Source of the DNA: Desulfomonilia bacterium
Lineage (GTDB): Bacteria; Desulfobacterota; Desulfomonilia; UBA1062
NCBI GenBank assembly: GCA_963664325.2
Contig: CAXXDQ010000004.1
Location: 640,001 to 704,000 of the forward strand
DNA: 64,000 nt
Direction of reading: 5' to 3'
Shown: piece by piece, positions 49,456 through 59,152 of the stretch
How the letters are laid out: each line of letters starts with the position of its first letter
How positions within the stretch are numbered: position 1 is the first letter of the stretch
Translations under genes and position numbers: made by a program
Notes under the pieces: generated by a model
What the model was told of the DNA's origin: nothing
The model's input: the letters and a program-made list of their open reading frames with translations, nothing else
Databases searched by the model: none

Positions 49456-49986
49456 ATGAAAAGGAAAATTCACTTCTTCATGCTTTCACTGACACTTGTT
49501 GTCGTTACTGCCGCATGTTCGGGCAAACCACCAAAGGAAGAATTTGATAAGTTTGCCCTTGATGAATTTCATAAGAATATCTGTGAAAAAAATTACTGCC
49601 AGTCGGACAATGACAGGCTTTGCTCTTACGTTCATTATAACAATGCCAATCCTTGCCAGGTATTTGCAACCTTGTTCTATTTTCTCGGAACTGAGATTGT
49701 TAAAAATGAAAACAGGGAAGAAGCGGGGAAATATCCTTTTGCGGGAAATTCATATTATTTACTTGTAACAGTGCACACCACGGAATGCAGTGACTTCAAC
49801 AGGGAATCCTGTAAAAAGGCCTTTGAAGATAAAGTGAGCAAACTGAAGATCGAAAATCTTAAAAATACCGATTCCATAAATATTGAAGGGCCTGGTATGC
49901 CGCCAATGTCAGATAACAAGATTTACAGTGAACAGTTCAAATGGGATAAAGTGACCAAAAGATGGCAAGTAAAGATAAATGAATAA
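49456..49986 (+). CDS. Hypothetical Cys-rich lipoprotein
   Basis: AGGAGG RBS; lipobox TAAC; six further Cys; AT-rich. Confidence 0.75.
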   Translation: MKRKIHFFMLSLTLVVVTAACSGKPPKEEFDKFALDEFHKNICEKNYCQSDNDRLCSYVHYNNANPCQVFATLFYFLGTEIVKNENREEAGKYPFAGNSYYLLVTVHTTECSDFNRESCKKAFEDKVSKLKIENLKNTDSINIEGPGMPPMSDNKIYSEQFKWDKVTKRWQVKINE

Positions 49987-50270
49987 AAACGTTATCATGC
50001 ATGCAATATTGAAACTATATTTAATCCCCATCTAAGTAAATTGGTACCTGTCTGCAGAAAAATACATTCCTCATAGGCATAACTATCCCTATAAGGTATC
50101 ACAATGATTGATATCTTGAGGTAATCTATAGCAAGCCGGCTGTGAGGGTATCAAATTGAGATATTTACTGTCGGACCATTGGTCATGGGTATAGCTCTCT
50201 GCAATATATCCAGGATTTTGGAATATCAATGTTGGCCAACCTGTCAGATAATGCCATGTCCGATCAACTT

Positions 50271-51590
50271 TCATTTGCCCTCAGAAAGGTTTTCATTAAC
50301 GGCTGAAGGAGGGTTTATCGTCACATCCACCCAGGGTCCTTTTATGAGAGATAATGCCGCCTTCCGGACCTCGGGCAGGGTTAGCGCCGCAATATCCGCC
50401 AGAAATTTCTTGTCGAAATCAAGCGGGATACCCTGAAAGACATAACCCATTGAATGCGAGATTATCCCGCCGGGCGTGTTGTATTCGGTTGCAGCCCTGT
50501 TTATTATGGTTGCCTTGGCCCAGCTGACCTCTTCATCAGTAATGCTTTCTTCTGCGAGAGCGAATGTGCGCGCCAGGGCATCCCTCACGTTCTTGAGCTC
50601 CTTCGGTTCTGTAATGACGATTATGCCGGATGCCCCCCAGAGCGGAGAGGCCTGGTAAAAACTGTCCGCCGAATATGCCAGCCCCGCCTTGGTCCGTACC
50701 TCCTTGACGAGAAGCGAGTTGAACCCGCCGGAGCCTATTATAAGGTCTGCGGCCACGGTTGCGGCATAGGAAGGGTCCTTCATGTCGGGCGCCTTATGGA
50801 TCATAAGGACAATACAGTGCTTCTGGTTCGCCAGGCCGGTGAATGAGCCATAATCAGGATTAGGGGGGTAGGTAAGTTTCGATGTCGAGAACTTGCCAGG
50901 GAATTCGTTTTTCAGTTGACGGGTGTTTTTTTCATCCAGGCTGCCGGTTATTCCTATCAGGGGTTTCGAATTGAATATTTCCTTGTGCATTTCAAGCATG
51001 TCCTCTTTTGTGATGGCATCGACGCTATTTGCCGTCGGCCTTTCGGCCCTGGGATCATCCCTGTAGTAATGCCTGTAGTATATGGTATATGCCTGTTCGA
51101 TAGCCTCGTCGTCCTTGCGTATAATGCCGTCTTTCATTATGCCCCGTTCCAGTTCGACACGCTTTGTGTCGAGCCTCGGTGATTTGATGATGTCGACAAG
51201 GAGCCTGATCGCCTTGTCCGATACATCCGGCAGGAATGACATCCCGACCATTGTATAGTCTCTCTGGGGAGAGACGGAGATGTCTATGGCCAGCGAATCA
51301 AGGAGCTTATCCATTTCTTCCGGGCCGATATCTTTGGTCCCTCCTGTGACAAGTGATGAACAAAGGAGATCCGCAGTTCCTTCCGCCCCTTTCTTATCCA
51401 GGATCGTCCCGCCGGGGAAAAGCAGAATTACATGGGTCACGCCCGTACCCTCAAGCCTGTATATGCCGTCAACGGGGCTCGCCACCGGAGGAACGGCAGT
51501 AACCGGTATTTCTGCAAGAAGCCTTGGGTCGGCTGTTGTGGCGCACCCCGCAAAAATCAACAAAACAAAAATGATAATGGCCTTTTTCAT
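50271..51590 (-). CDS. M16 peptidase, non-catalytic subunit (lipoprotein)
   Basis: Lipobox FAGC; lacks HxxEH; VRTKAGLAYS motif. Confidence 0.88.
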   Translation of the reverse strand: MKKAIIIFVLLIFAGCATTADPRLLAEIPVTAVPPVASPVDGIYRLEGTGVTHVILLFPGGTILDKKGAEGTADLLCSSLVTGGTKDIGPEEMDKLLDSLAIDISVSPQRDYTMVGMSFLPDVSDKAIRLLVDIIKSPRLDTKRVELERGIMKDGIIRKDDEAIEQAYTIYYRHYYRDDPRAERPTANSVDAITKEDMLEMHKEIFNSKPLIGITGSLDEKNTRQLKNEFPGKFSTSKLTYPPNPDYGSFTGLANQKHCIVLMIHKAPDMKDPSYAATVAADLIIGSGGFNSLLVKEVRTKAGLAYSADSFYQASPLWGASGIIVITEPKELKNVRDALARTFALAEESITDEEVSWAKATIINRAATEYNTPGGIISHSMGYVFQGIPLDFDKKFLADIAALTLPEVRKAALSLIKGPWVDVTINPPSAVNENLSEGK

Positions 51591-51591
51591 C

Positions 51592-53064
51592 TCACTCCTC
51601 CAGGTATGCAGTGGTGGCATTCTCCCTTACAAGGTATTTAGAAGAACATTCTTTTATCTGACCGGATTTCAGACCCTGAAGGACTTCAAGATTTTTGAAC
51701 ACGTATTTCCAGTCCCCGGCAAGCATCTCATAAGTGGACAGGACGGATGCGGCCCCGGCATCGGTTTCAAGGGATGTCAGGATGGATTTCGTGAGGACCC
51801 TGACGGTCTGATCGAGTTCCTCTTTTGTAATACCCTCTTTTTTAAGCAGTTCGATCTCTTTCCATATTATATCTTCGAGCTCTTTATTCGTATGCGGGCT
51901 TACAGGGTTTGCCGAGATTATGAAAAGATTGTCAAGCCTGCTTCCGGGCAGGCCGTTATATGTGCTCACATCCGAGGCAAGGCCTTTTTTAACCAGAGCC
52001 CTGATCAGCCTTGAGGTCTCGCCGCCTGCAAGCACCTGCTCGATAACATCGAAACATGTGTCGTCGACAGACGGAAGTTTTGGTTTTTTCACCCCGATGA
52101 TGATGCTCGGCTGTTCTTTGGAGGATATCCTGACTTTTATATTCGCCCTGCGGGACGGCTCGTCAAGGGCTATTGATTCGGTCTTGCCCCGGTTGGGAAT
52201 TTTTCCGAAATACCGGGCCAGTATTTTTTTTGTCTCTGCAGGATCAAATCCGCCGGCAATGGCGACCACCATATTCCTGGGAATATAGTGTTCAAAGTAG
52301 TAATCCTGCAGGTCTTTTCTTGTGAGGCCTTCGATATCCTTCCTGAACCCTATGACAGGGTACCTGTAAGGAGATGCCTCGAAGGAATGAAGAAGGAATT
52401 TTTCGAATAAAGTCCCTTCATCCGAAAGGTCGATACTCTGCGAACGCTCTTTCAGAACCACGTCCCTTTCCGAATAGAATTCCCTGAAAACGGGCTTTCT
52501 CATCCGTTCGCTTTCAATGGCCGCCCAGAATTCGATCCTGCCTTTGGGCAGGCTCACATGATACGAGGTCAGGTCCGCGGAAGTGGAGGCGTTAAGGCCG
52601 ACGCCTCCGGCCAGGGAATACAGCCTGTCAAGCTCACCCGGCACCTCGAAGGCGGATGCCTTCTTTGTCAGTCCGGCCATTTTGTCGTTCAGGGCTTTGC
52701 TGTCCTTAGGTGACGCGGTCTTCATCTTTTCAGCAATGTCATCCATTTCATCAAGCAGTTTTTTTTCCTTCCGGTAATCGGTGGTGCCTATGGTGCCGGT
52801 CCCTTTGAACATCATGTGTTCCAGCATGTGGGAAAGCCCGGTCTTTCCCGGGTGTTCGTCGATGCTGCCTACTTTGACCCTGACCTCGAAAGAGACCGAG
52901 CTGGAATCCCTGGGCAGCAGAAGAAACGTCATGCCGTTGTCAAGCACGTAGCGCTCGACATCAGGCAGTTCCGTTGACAGCGAATATCCGGGAACGAAGA
53001 GCAAAATAAGAAATATTACAGCCGTCAAAAACTTTGTCTGCTTGTAAATGGTACCTGCGTTCAT
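51592..53064 (-). CDS. M16 (pitrilysin) zinc peptidase, catalytic subunit
   Basis: GLSHMLEHMMFKGT, NASTS, ER..V..ER. Confidence 0.93.
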   Translation of the reverse strand: MNAGTIYKQTKFLTAVIFLILLFVPGYSLSTELPDVERYVLDNGMTFLLLPRDSSSVSFEVRVKVGSIDEHPGKTGLSHMLEHMMFKGTGTIGTTDYRKEKKLLDEMDDIAEKMKTASPKDSKALNDKMAGLTKKASAFEVPGELDRLYSLAGGVGLNASTSADLTSYHVSLPKGRIEFWAAIESERMRKPVFREFYSERDVVLKERSQSIDLSDEGTLFEKFLLHSFEASPYRYPVIGFRKDIEGLTRKDLQDYYFEHYIPRNMVVAIAGGFDPAETKKILARYFGKIPNRGKTESIALDEPSRRANIKVRISSKEQPSIIIGVKKPKLPSVDDTCFDVIEQVLAGGETSRLIRALVKKGLASDVSTYNGLPGSRLDNLFIISANPVSPHTNKELEDIIWKEIELLKKEGITKEELDQTVRVLTKSILTSLETDAGAASVLSTYEMLAGDWKYVFKNLEVLQGLKSGQIKECSSKYLVRENATTAYLEE

Positions 53065-53153
53065 GCATTTCTCCTCTCACGTGAGCGTATAACCTATTGC
53101 CCGAGCAAGGTCTTGCTAATTATAAGATAAATGTACTATTTGTAAAAGCGCGC

Positions 53154-56100
53154 ATGAAAAAAACCGTTAAAACCATTATTGTCCTGCTGCTTGCGATAGC
53201 CATCGTCCTTGCAGCGTTGTATCTTGCGGCATGGTATTTTATTACGCCCGAACGCTTCAGGACAATTGCCGAGTCTGCCATCAGCGAGATGCTGGGCAAA
53301 GATGTGGTCATCAAAAATATACACATAGAGCTTTTCGACAATCCCTATATCAGTGTTTCAGGCATCGAACTGGGCAGCAGGGATGAGGTATTCCTTAAGG
53401 CGGATGCAATAACCGCCCGGTTTTCAAAATGGGGGCTGCTTTTCGGAAGGGAGGGCATTAAATCGGTTGACCTGACCAATCCCTTTATCATCGTGCATGC
53501 GGACAAAATTAAGAAGAATGAAAAAACACCCGAAGTGCCTCTTATAAGAACAAATAACGCCATATGTATCGTGTATTATAAAAACAGGTTTATTAAGATT
53601 GATAACATTAGAGGTTACGTAAGCTCTTATCTGGCTGATCTGAATGCCGATGTTCTGGACGGCAAAATCAGGGTTATGGCGCTCAAATCCGCAGGTTCGT
53701 GGAAAGCCCAGGCTATATTGAAAAACCTGAACCTTTTCATGCTGGATAAAAACCTGGCCGGCTATTCTGACGGTGATGTTTCGTTCACAACAAAGAACGA
53801 CGACATGACAGTGAATGCATATCTCAATTTCAAACAGCTGGGCCTTCCCGGGGGTGTCAGGGCCGGGTTAGTGAATCTGAAGGCCGATGCTGATAAAAAG
53901 GGCGATAAATATTCCTGCGATTTAAGGCTTGATACAAAAGGAGTTGGCCTTCCATGGGCTGCCGGTGTTGAGCGTCTTGATATTAGATCCCGGATAAACA
54001 CTGATTTGAAAGACATTTACATCAAAGACCTTCAGGTTAAATCCAGCCTGATAGATTTATCGGGAACGGCAGCGATAAAGGGTGTTGATAAAAAAGGGGA
54101 AATGTTCCTTGAAATGAATATCAAATCGGAAGAATTCGATTACGAACCATTTGTGGACTTCCTTCCGGTTAAAGAGTTTCCGGACTGGCTGTATGATCTT
54201 CTTAAAAAACAGGCCCGGAAAGGCCGGGTGCAGATCAGCCATGCAGGTTTCAGGGGAAAGGTCAAAGACTTTGGCTCATATAACACCTGCATAAAAGACC
54301 TTGATATCGCACTTGCCCTTAACGGACTCACATTCAGCTCCAGGCCTGGAAACATGGTAAAAAACATCAAAGCTTTGCTTGTTACCAAAGATGGAGATAT
54401 CAATGTCCTGAACATTACCGGCACTGCCGGCAAATCAGAGCTTAAATCCGTTACTCTGCGATTCCCGTCTACGCACAAGGATGATTTCAAAATCGGCGTT
54501 GAAGCGGACCTTGACATGGAAGCCGCCGACTTCATGCAGGCCTGGCGTGCAGGGGTGACAGCAATGAATGTCAATACCTTCCTCGACCCGGTCAATCAAA
54601 TCAGGGACGGTCGTATTTCAGCAAAGGCAGAAGTTTTTTATGAGAAGAATACCGGCGGTGCAAGGGTCAGGGGGAATGCCGTTCTTTCCGGTGTTGACCT
54701 GAACTGGGACAAGGCCGTCATCAGGGACCTTTCCGGGACCTTAAAAGACCCTGAATATTTTCAGCCTCTCCTTGTGGGCGTCAAAGGTGTTTACAATGAT
54801 ATTAAGGTTGACAGGTTGAACATGAATATCATGGATCCTTTTGGCAGGATCCGTTTTACATATGACCTGAAAGCAAGGGGCTTGCCAGGGTCAGAGGCTT
54901 TCAGCCTGGATAAGGACACCGCCGTAACGGCTTCAGGTAAAGGGATATGGCCTGAACTTGGTGGAAGTCTGATTGTCGAATCAAGAGATTTCACAGTCTA
55001 TGGTACCCAGATAAAACCCAGAACCGGCATGGTTTCAGGATCGGGCGATTTTTCTGCAAGAATAGGTTCAGGAACCTTTATTGATATCCCTGAGCTAAAC
55101 ACTATCCTGGGCGAAACAAACATCAAGACAAAAATATACGCCTCTGAAGAGTATTCATCCTTCAGTCTTGCCGGAAGGGTCGACCTTTCCGCGTTCGATA
55201 TCCTTGAGAAAGGGGATTTCACACCCTATTCGGGTCTTGCTTCGGGCGACTTTTCCATACGGCTGGGAGAAGATGCAAAATTCTTCGGCAGGTTGAACCT
55301 TAACAATGTCCAGTTTGAACATAAGGGAACGATGACGGCAATTGACGGCGATTTAACCATGGATAAGAAAAACATCGGGCTTAAGGATATAAAGGTGGTT
55401 CAAACCGGAGTAAACGCAGTGCTGAATGGGACTTTGACGCTGAATGAAATTCCGGAATTCAAAGGGGATGCAGTAATAGCAGATCTTAAAATCGGAGGGG
55501 AAGGGAAATCACCATCAACGGACAATTCCTTTGGTAAAATCAAGGTGGATGCCAAGGTCAGGTTTGCCAATATAAGTTTTTCAGGAGTCAATATCCCGCA
55601 GGGCACCACCGGGGTTCAGCTTGAAAACGGTGTCCTCAAGCTGCTCGGAATGGATATGAAAGTGCCTTACGGGTCGGTTACAGGCTCAGTAATGATACCC
55701 CAGGACGGCAGTAAAATTTACGATCTCAACATAAACATTGATGATGCACCCATAACAGAAGCCATAAAAATGTATTCAAAGGATAAACCCTGGATAACAG
55801 GCACAATGAATATGCATGGAAGGCTCTGGAATACAGGTGATGCCGTAAACGGGGATATCAAGTTCAAGGCCACAAACGGCATAATCGACAAGTATAATCT
55901 CGTCTCGAGGATTTTCAGTGTCTTGAACCCGTATAAAATCATCAAGACAGGGGAGTTTGACCTCACGCATGTCGGATTTCCCTATAACCATCTGTCTGCC
56001 AACTTTACCATAAGGGATTCATATGTTACATTCGACGATTTTTATCTGGACAGCAATTCACTGCAGGTTTCAGCAGTAGGGAAATACATGCTCAGGACAA

Positions 56101-56396
56101 ATTATATGGATGTCATAATGGGAATCCAGCCGCTCGAAACCTTTGACAAGACTGTCGGAATGATTCCTATTGTGGGATGGGTGCTTACCGGTGATAAAGG
56201 CACCCTTATTGTCATAAGCCTCAAGGTGCGGGGCCCGGTTGACGACCCGTCAGTAAAATATCTGCCAGCAGTCTCGATTTCGCATCCTGTCGAGCAATCG
56301 CTGCTGCGCGTTCTGAAACTTCCCGTTGATCTGCTTACCAGACCCGAGGAGGTGATCCTGCCCAGCATGAATAAAGAAGACAAAAAAGGGCAGTAA
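53154..56396 (+). CDS. AsmA-like / YhdP family bridge-like lipid transfer protein
   Basis: N-terminal TM anchor, long beta-rich body, C-terminal IPIVGWVL..VRGPVDDPSV. Confidence 0.85.
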   Translation: MKKTVKTIIVLLLAIAIVLAALYLAAWYFITPERFRTIAESAISEMLGKDVVIKNIHIELFDNPYISVSGIELGSRDEVFLKADAITARFSKWGLLFGREGIKSVDLTNPFIIVHADKIKKNEKTPEVPLIRTNNAICIVYYKNRFIKIDNIRGYVSSYLADLNADVLDGKIRVMALKSAGSWKAQAILKNLNLFMLDKNLAGYSDGDVSFTTKNDDMTVNAYLNFKQLGLPGGVRAGLVNLKADADKKGDKYSCDLRLDTKGVGLPWAAGVERLDIRSRINTDLKDIYIKDLQVKSSLIDLSGTAAIKGVDKKGEMFLEMNIKSEEFDYEPFVDFLPVKEFPDWLYDLLKKQARKGRVQISHAGFRGKVKDFGSYNTCIKDLDIALALNGLTFSSRPGNMVKNIKALLVTKDGDINVLNITGTAGKSELKSVTLRFPSTHKDDFKIGVEADLDMEAADFMQAWRAGVTAMNVNTFLDPVNQIRDGRISAKAEVFYEKNTGGARVRGNAVLSGVDLNWDKAVIRDLSGTLKDPEYFQPLLVGVKGVYNDIKVDRLNMNIMDPFGRIRFTYDLKARGLPGSEAFSLDKDTAVTASGKGIWPELGGSLIVESRDFTVYGTQIKPRTGMVSGSGDFSARIGSGTFIDIPELNTILGETNIKTKIYASEEYSSFSLAGRVDLSAFDILEKGDFTPYSGLASGDFSIRLGEDAKFFGRLNLNNVQFEHKGTMTAIDGDLTMDKKNIGLKDIKVVQTGVNAVLNGTLTLNEIPEFKGDAVIADLKIGGEGKSPSTDNSFGKIKVDAKVRFANISFSGVNIPQGTTGVQLENGVLKLLGMDMKVPYGSVTGSVMIPQDGSKIYDLNINIDDAPITEAIKMYSKDKPWITGTMNMHGRLWNTGDAVNGDIKFKATNGIIDKYNLVSRIFSVLNPYKIIKTGEFDLTHVGFPYNHLSANFTIRDSYVTFDDFYLDSNSLQVSAVGKYMLRTNYMDVIMGIQPLETFDKTVGMIPIVGWVLTGDKGTLIVISLKVRGPVDDPSVKYLPAVSISHPVEQSLLRVLKLPVDLLTRPEEVILPSMNKEDKKGQ

Positions 56397-56407
56397 TCCG
56401 GCTGATA

Positions 56408-58171
56408 TCATTGTTTAGAAACAGCCGTGTTTCCTTGCTCTGCAGGCTTTTCAATCTTTACATCAGGCGTTTTAACTGTTAACCCCAGGTCTTCATACCT
56501 GTTGGTACCTCTTGTCGAACTGTTCAACTCGAGCCCGTATATGGCGCATAGCGTGAGGGCAATATCCGATATCCTGTAGTTATTTTTATATCCCGGGTCG
56601 GGTATGGCCTTTGCTCCGGGAATACCGCCGCCCTGGAATGCCATGACAATTGGTGCCGTATCCTCGGCCCCGTGCCCTCCAAGCAGATAATTTAAAGGGG
56701 GTAGCCATGCGGGCAGTTTGGCCCCCAGGTTATTGGCAATACCAGTTGTAACAGGCAGCTGCCACCCGTTTTTCATGAAGATGAATATATCAGGCCATAT
56801 GAGGCTGTCAGGGGCATTCTTATCTGCAAAATAGCCATGATATAGCTCGCCTGGCTCAATTACGCCCGGTATGCCTATTCTCATCTCTTCCGCCGTTGCA
56901 ACCGTAAAAGGGCACTCATAATTGCCGGTTGCAGGATTTTTTATCCTGTAGGCATTGAGCGCAGCCCTGGCCAGGGATGCCTTGGCTCTGCGCCCGTCGA
57001 GGCTGGCGGCCTGGAAATAGATCTCCCCAATTGAAGCTATCGAATTGACGGTAAAACCCTTTCCCATTTTTTCTTCTTTTGTAATTGCTTTGTATTTATA
57101 CAGGATGTCGGTGACATTGGTGTTGAGTGAGGGGCAGACGTTTGACTCGAAAGTCTCATTGTAGCTCATGTGACCGTGATCGCTGTACAGGATGATCAGT
57201 GCGTCTTCATAGCCTGGTATGCCCCGGATATCTTTAATCAATTTTCCGAAGCCGTCATCAACAAGCTTCATGGCTGCCACGACAGGCGCCCTGTGCACAT
57301 CCGGATTCCTTTTATCCTTTACTACGCAGCAGGTTTTTTCAAATTCATCTGGCGTCCTTATGCTTCCCAGCGCATGCTGCAAGTCATCCATCTCTGCCAG
57401 GATGATCATGCTGACTTCCGGCTTTTCCTTTTTCATTACCGCTATCGAGGCTTCAGCGACCCAACTGTCAGGCGGGAACCTGTCTTCACGATCTTTGTAT
57501 GCAATACCGAGAAACCGCTTCTGATAAAGGCTTTTACGGGCGCAGAAACCTGTCTTGCCGTTTTCATCTTTCGGGTCAAAATCCCAGGGCCATGGTTTTT
57601 CAACATAGTCAGGGCGGTTAGTCCCTGTAACCATAAAATCTATGCCACTGTCCGGCACATCGAACATTGTAGCGACCCAGCCTTTGCCCGTGGCCAGCAT
57701 CGCCTTTGATTCCGGTGATTTCCTTTTGAAAGCCTTGAAAATAGTATCTACCGTACGACCCTTGTCGTCTTTCGCATATGACATGCTTGTATTCTGGTAG
57801 ACGGCCTTCCCGTTTTTGTCCCATTCCCTGAACTGTTGTGAAACACCTATGATGCCCGTCAGAGCAGATGTCGTGCCGGCAACAGCATTGAGGTGATTCA
57901 TGTCGGTTGCAGCCGGAAGCCAGCAGCGCGAATTTTCAAACCATACAGAGCTTTCCAGGAATTCTCGTATATTGGGAAGAAGCCAGTCGCCGGGTTTTCC
58001 TCCGCGCTCTCCTCGACTGTTGAGAGACATCACAGAAGGGTCAAGTGAATCAATGGATACAAGCACCAGTTTGGGCAGGACTGCAGTTTCACTGCAAAAT
58101 GAACTTGCAGGTAATATTAACACAGCAAATAACAAAAATGCCATTAGGTAAGAAAATATGCGTGCCTTCAT
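56408..58171 (-). CDS. Exported alkaline-phosphatase-superfamily (NPP-like) phosphodiesterase
   Basis: VLVSIDSL, T nucleophile region (AATDMNH), DDLQH, YSDHGH, GGHG; signal peptide. Confidence 0.85.
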   Translation of the reverse strand: MKARIFSYLMAFLLFAVLILPASSFCSETAVLPKLVLVSIDSLDPSVMSLNSRGERGGKPGDWLLPNIREFLESSVWFENSRCWLPAATDMNHLNAVAGTTSALTGIIGVSQQFREWDKNGKAVYQNTSMSYAKDDKGRTVDTIFKAFKRKSPESKAMLATGKGWVATMFDVPDSGIDFMVTGTNRPDYVEKPWPWDFDPKDENGKTGFCARKSLYQKRFLGIAYKDREDRFPPDSWVAEASIAVMKKEKPEVSMIILAEMDDLQHALGSIRTPDEFEKTCCVVKDKRNPDVHRAPVVAAMKLVDDGFGKLIKDIRGIPGYEDALIILYSDHGHMSYNETFESNVCPSLNTNVTDILYKYKAITKEEKMGKGFTVNSIASIGEIYFQAASLDGRRAKASLARAALNAYRIKNPATGNYECPFTVATAEEMRIGIPGVIEPGELYHGYFADKNAPDSLIWPDIFIFMKNGWQLPVTTGIANNLGAKLPAWLPPLNYLLGGHGAEDTAPIVMAFQGGGIPGAKAIPDPGYKNNYRISDIALTLCAIYGLELNSSTRGTNRYEDLGLTVKTPDVKIEKPAEQGNTAVSKQ

Positions 58172-58367
58172 AAAACCTCCTGATTTATAAATTATAATAG
58201 CGGGTGCCAAGCAATCAAGAACGGGGCTGATTTATGGTTCATGTACCACAGCAGTTCTCTTGACATTATGGCTGCACCGCCATACCTGAAATTCATTTTT
58301 AATATACCGGGAACAAGCAAGACCGTAAAAACAACAAGTTAAAACAATTCCCCTGCTCATCAAATGC

Positions 58368-58383
58368 TGGCACGGGAATAGCA
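58368..58383 (+). promoter_or_regulatory. Possible sigma54 promoter
   Basis: TGGCACGGGAATAGCA (GG-N10-GC), with an IHF-like AACAA-N4-TTA site just upstream (about 58330-58341). Confidence 0.5.
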
Positions 58384-58416
58384 ATGATAGATGTAACATT
58401 TGGAAAGGAGAGAGCT

Positions 58417-58692
58417 ATGAAAGCCATCAATATGAAACGTTGCACCGTATGCGGCAAGGCTGAAGCTGTAGATGTATGCGATACCTGCGGCAAGCCGTTA
58501 TGCAGGAAGTGCCGGAAGCTCGAGGTATGGGGTACAGGCGCGGAAGATCTTACATTCAAGCATCTCTGTCCGGCTTGCAAGGATAACCCGGAGATCAATC
58601 CATGGGGGGCCGTTCCCGAAGAATTCGGTCTTGGCGAGGTCCTTGAGATAATAAATTCAACGGAGAAAAGGGATCTTCCGCTTGCGGCATAA
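58417..58692 (+). CDS. Small Cys-rich zinc-finger (B-box-like) protein
   Basis: AAGGAG RBS; four CxxC pairs (CTVC, CDTC, CRKC, CPAC). Confidence 0.82.
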   Translation: MKAINMKRCTVCGKAEAVDVCDTCGKPLCRKCRKLEVWGTGAEDLTFKHLCPACKDNPEINPWGAVPEEFGLGEVLEIINSTEKRDLPLAA

Positions 58693-58823
58693 CAGTAAAC
58701 ATGGACGGTATAGCCGACAAGGAATCCAGGCAGGAGGCTCTGCTTTTTGGGAAACGGTGCCGGAATGCCACGGGAAAAGGGGATTACCCGGCAAGCTTGA
58801 AAGGCATATAAAAGGAGCATGTC

Positions 58824-59000
58824 ATGGGTGTGTATCAGGCATCGGTAAGCAATAATATAATAAGGTTTAAAAGACATAGTGCCTGGTTAAGCCTGAAGGC
58901 AGTTTGTGGAAAATACTTCACGGGCCTGACCTGGGTGAGTACGGCAGCTGAAGACGGCTTGAGAACGGCTTTTAAGGAATTATCGCGAAACATAAAGTGA
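58824..59000 (+). CDS. Unannotated 58-aa small protein
   Basis: AAGGAG RBS 7 nt before ATG; MGVYQASVSNNIIRFKRHSAWLSLKAVCGKYFTGLTWVSTAAEDGLRTAFKELSRNIK*; immediately followed by a terminator. Confidence 0.5.
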   Translation: MGVYQASVSNNIIRFKRHSAWLSLKAVCGKYFTGLTWVSTAAEDGLRTAFKELSRNIK

Positions 59001-59010
59001 ATCAACCCTG

Positions 59011-59060
59011 AGCCGGAAAACCGGGTATTCCTTCCCAGCCCGGTTTTCCGGCTATTTTTT
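59011..59060 (+). terminator. Rho-independent terminator
   Basis: Perfect 15-bp stem AGCCGGAAAACCGGG / CCCGGTTTTCCGGCT followed by a T-run. Confidence 0.8.
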
Positions 59061-59152
59061 CCTTGATGCAAACCTGACTGCGGCATCATTTGAAACATGT
59101 GTCATAAAATTGTTAAACCATTCGAAACCCGGACTTTATTGAAAGGTATAGT

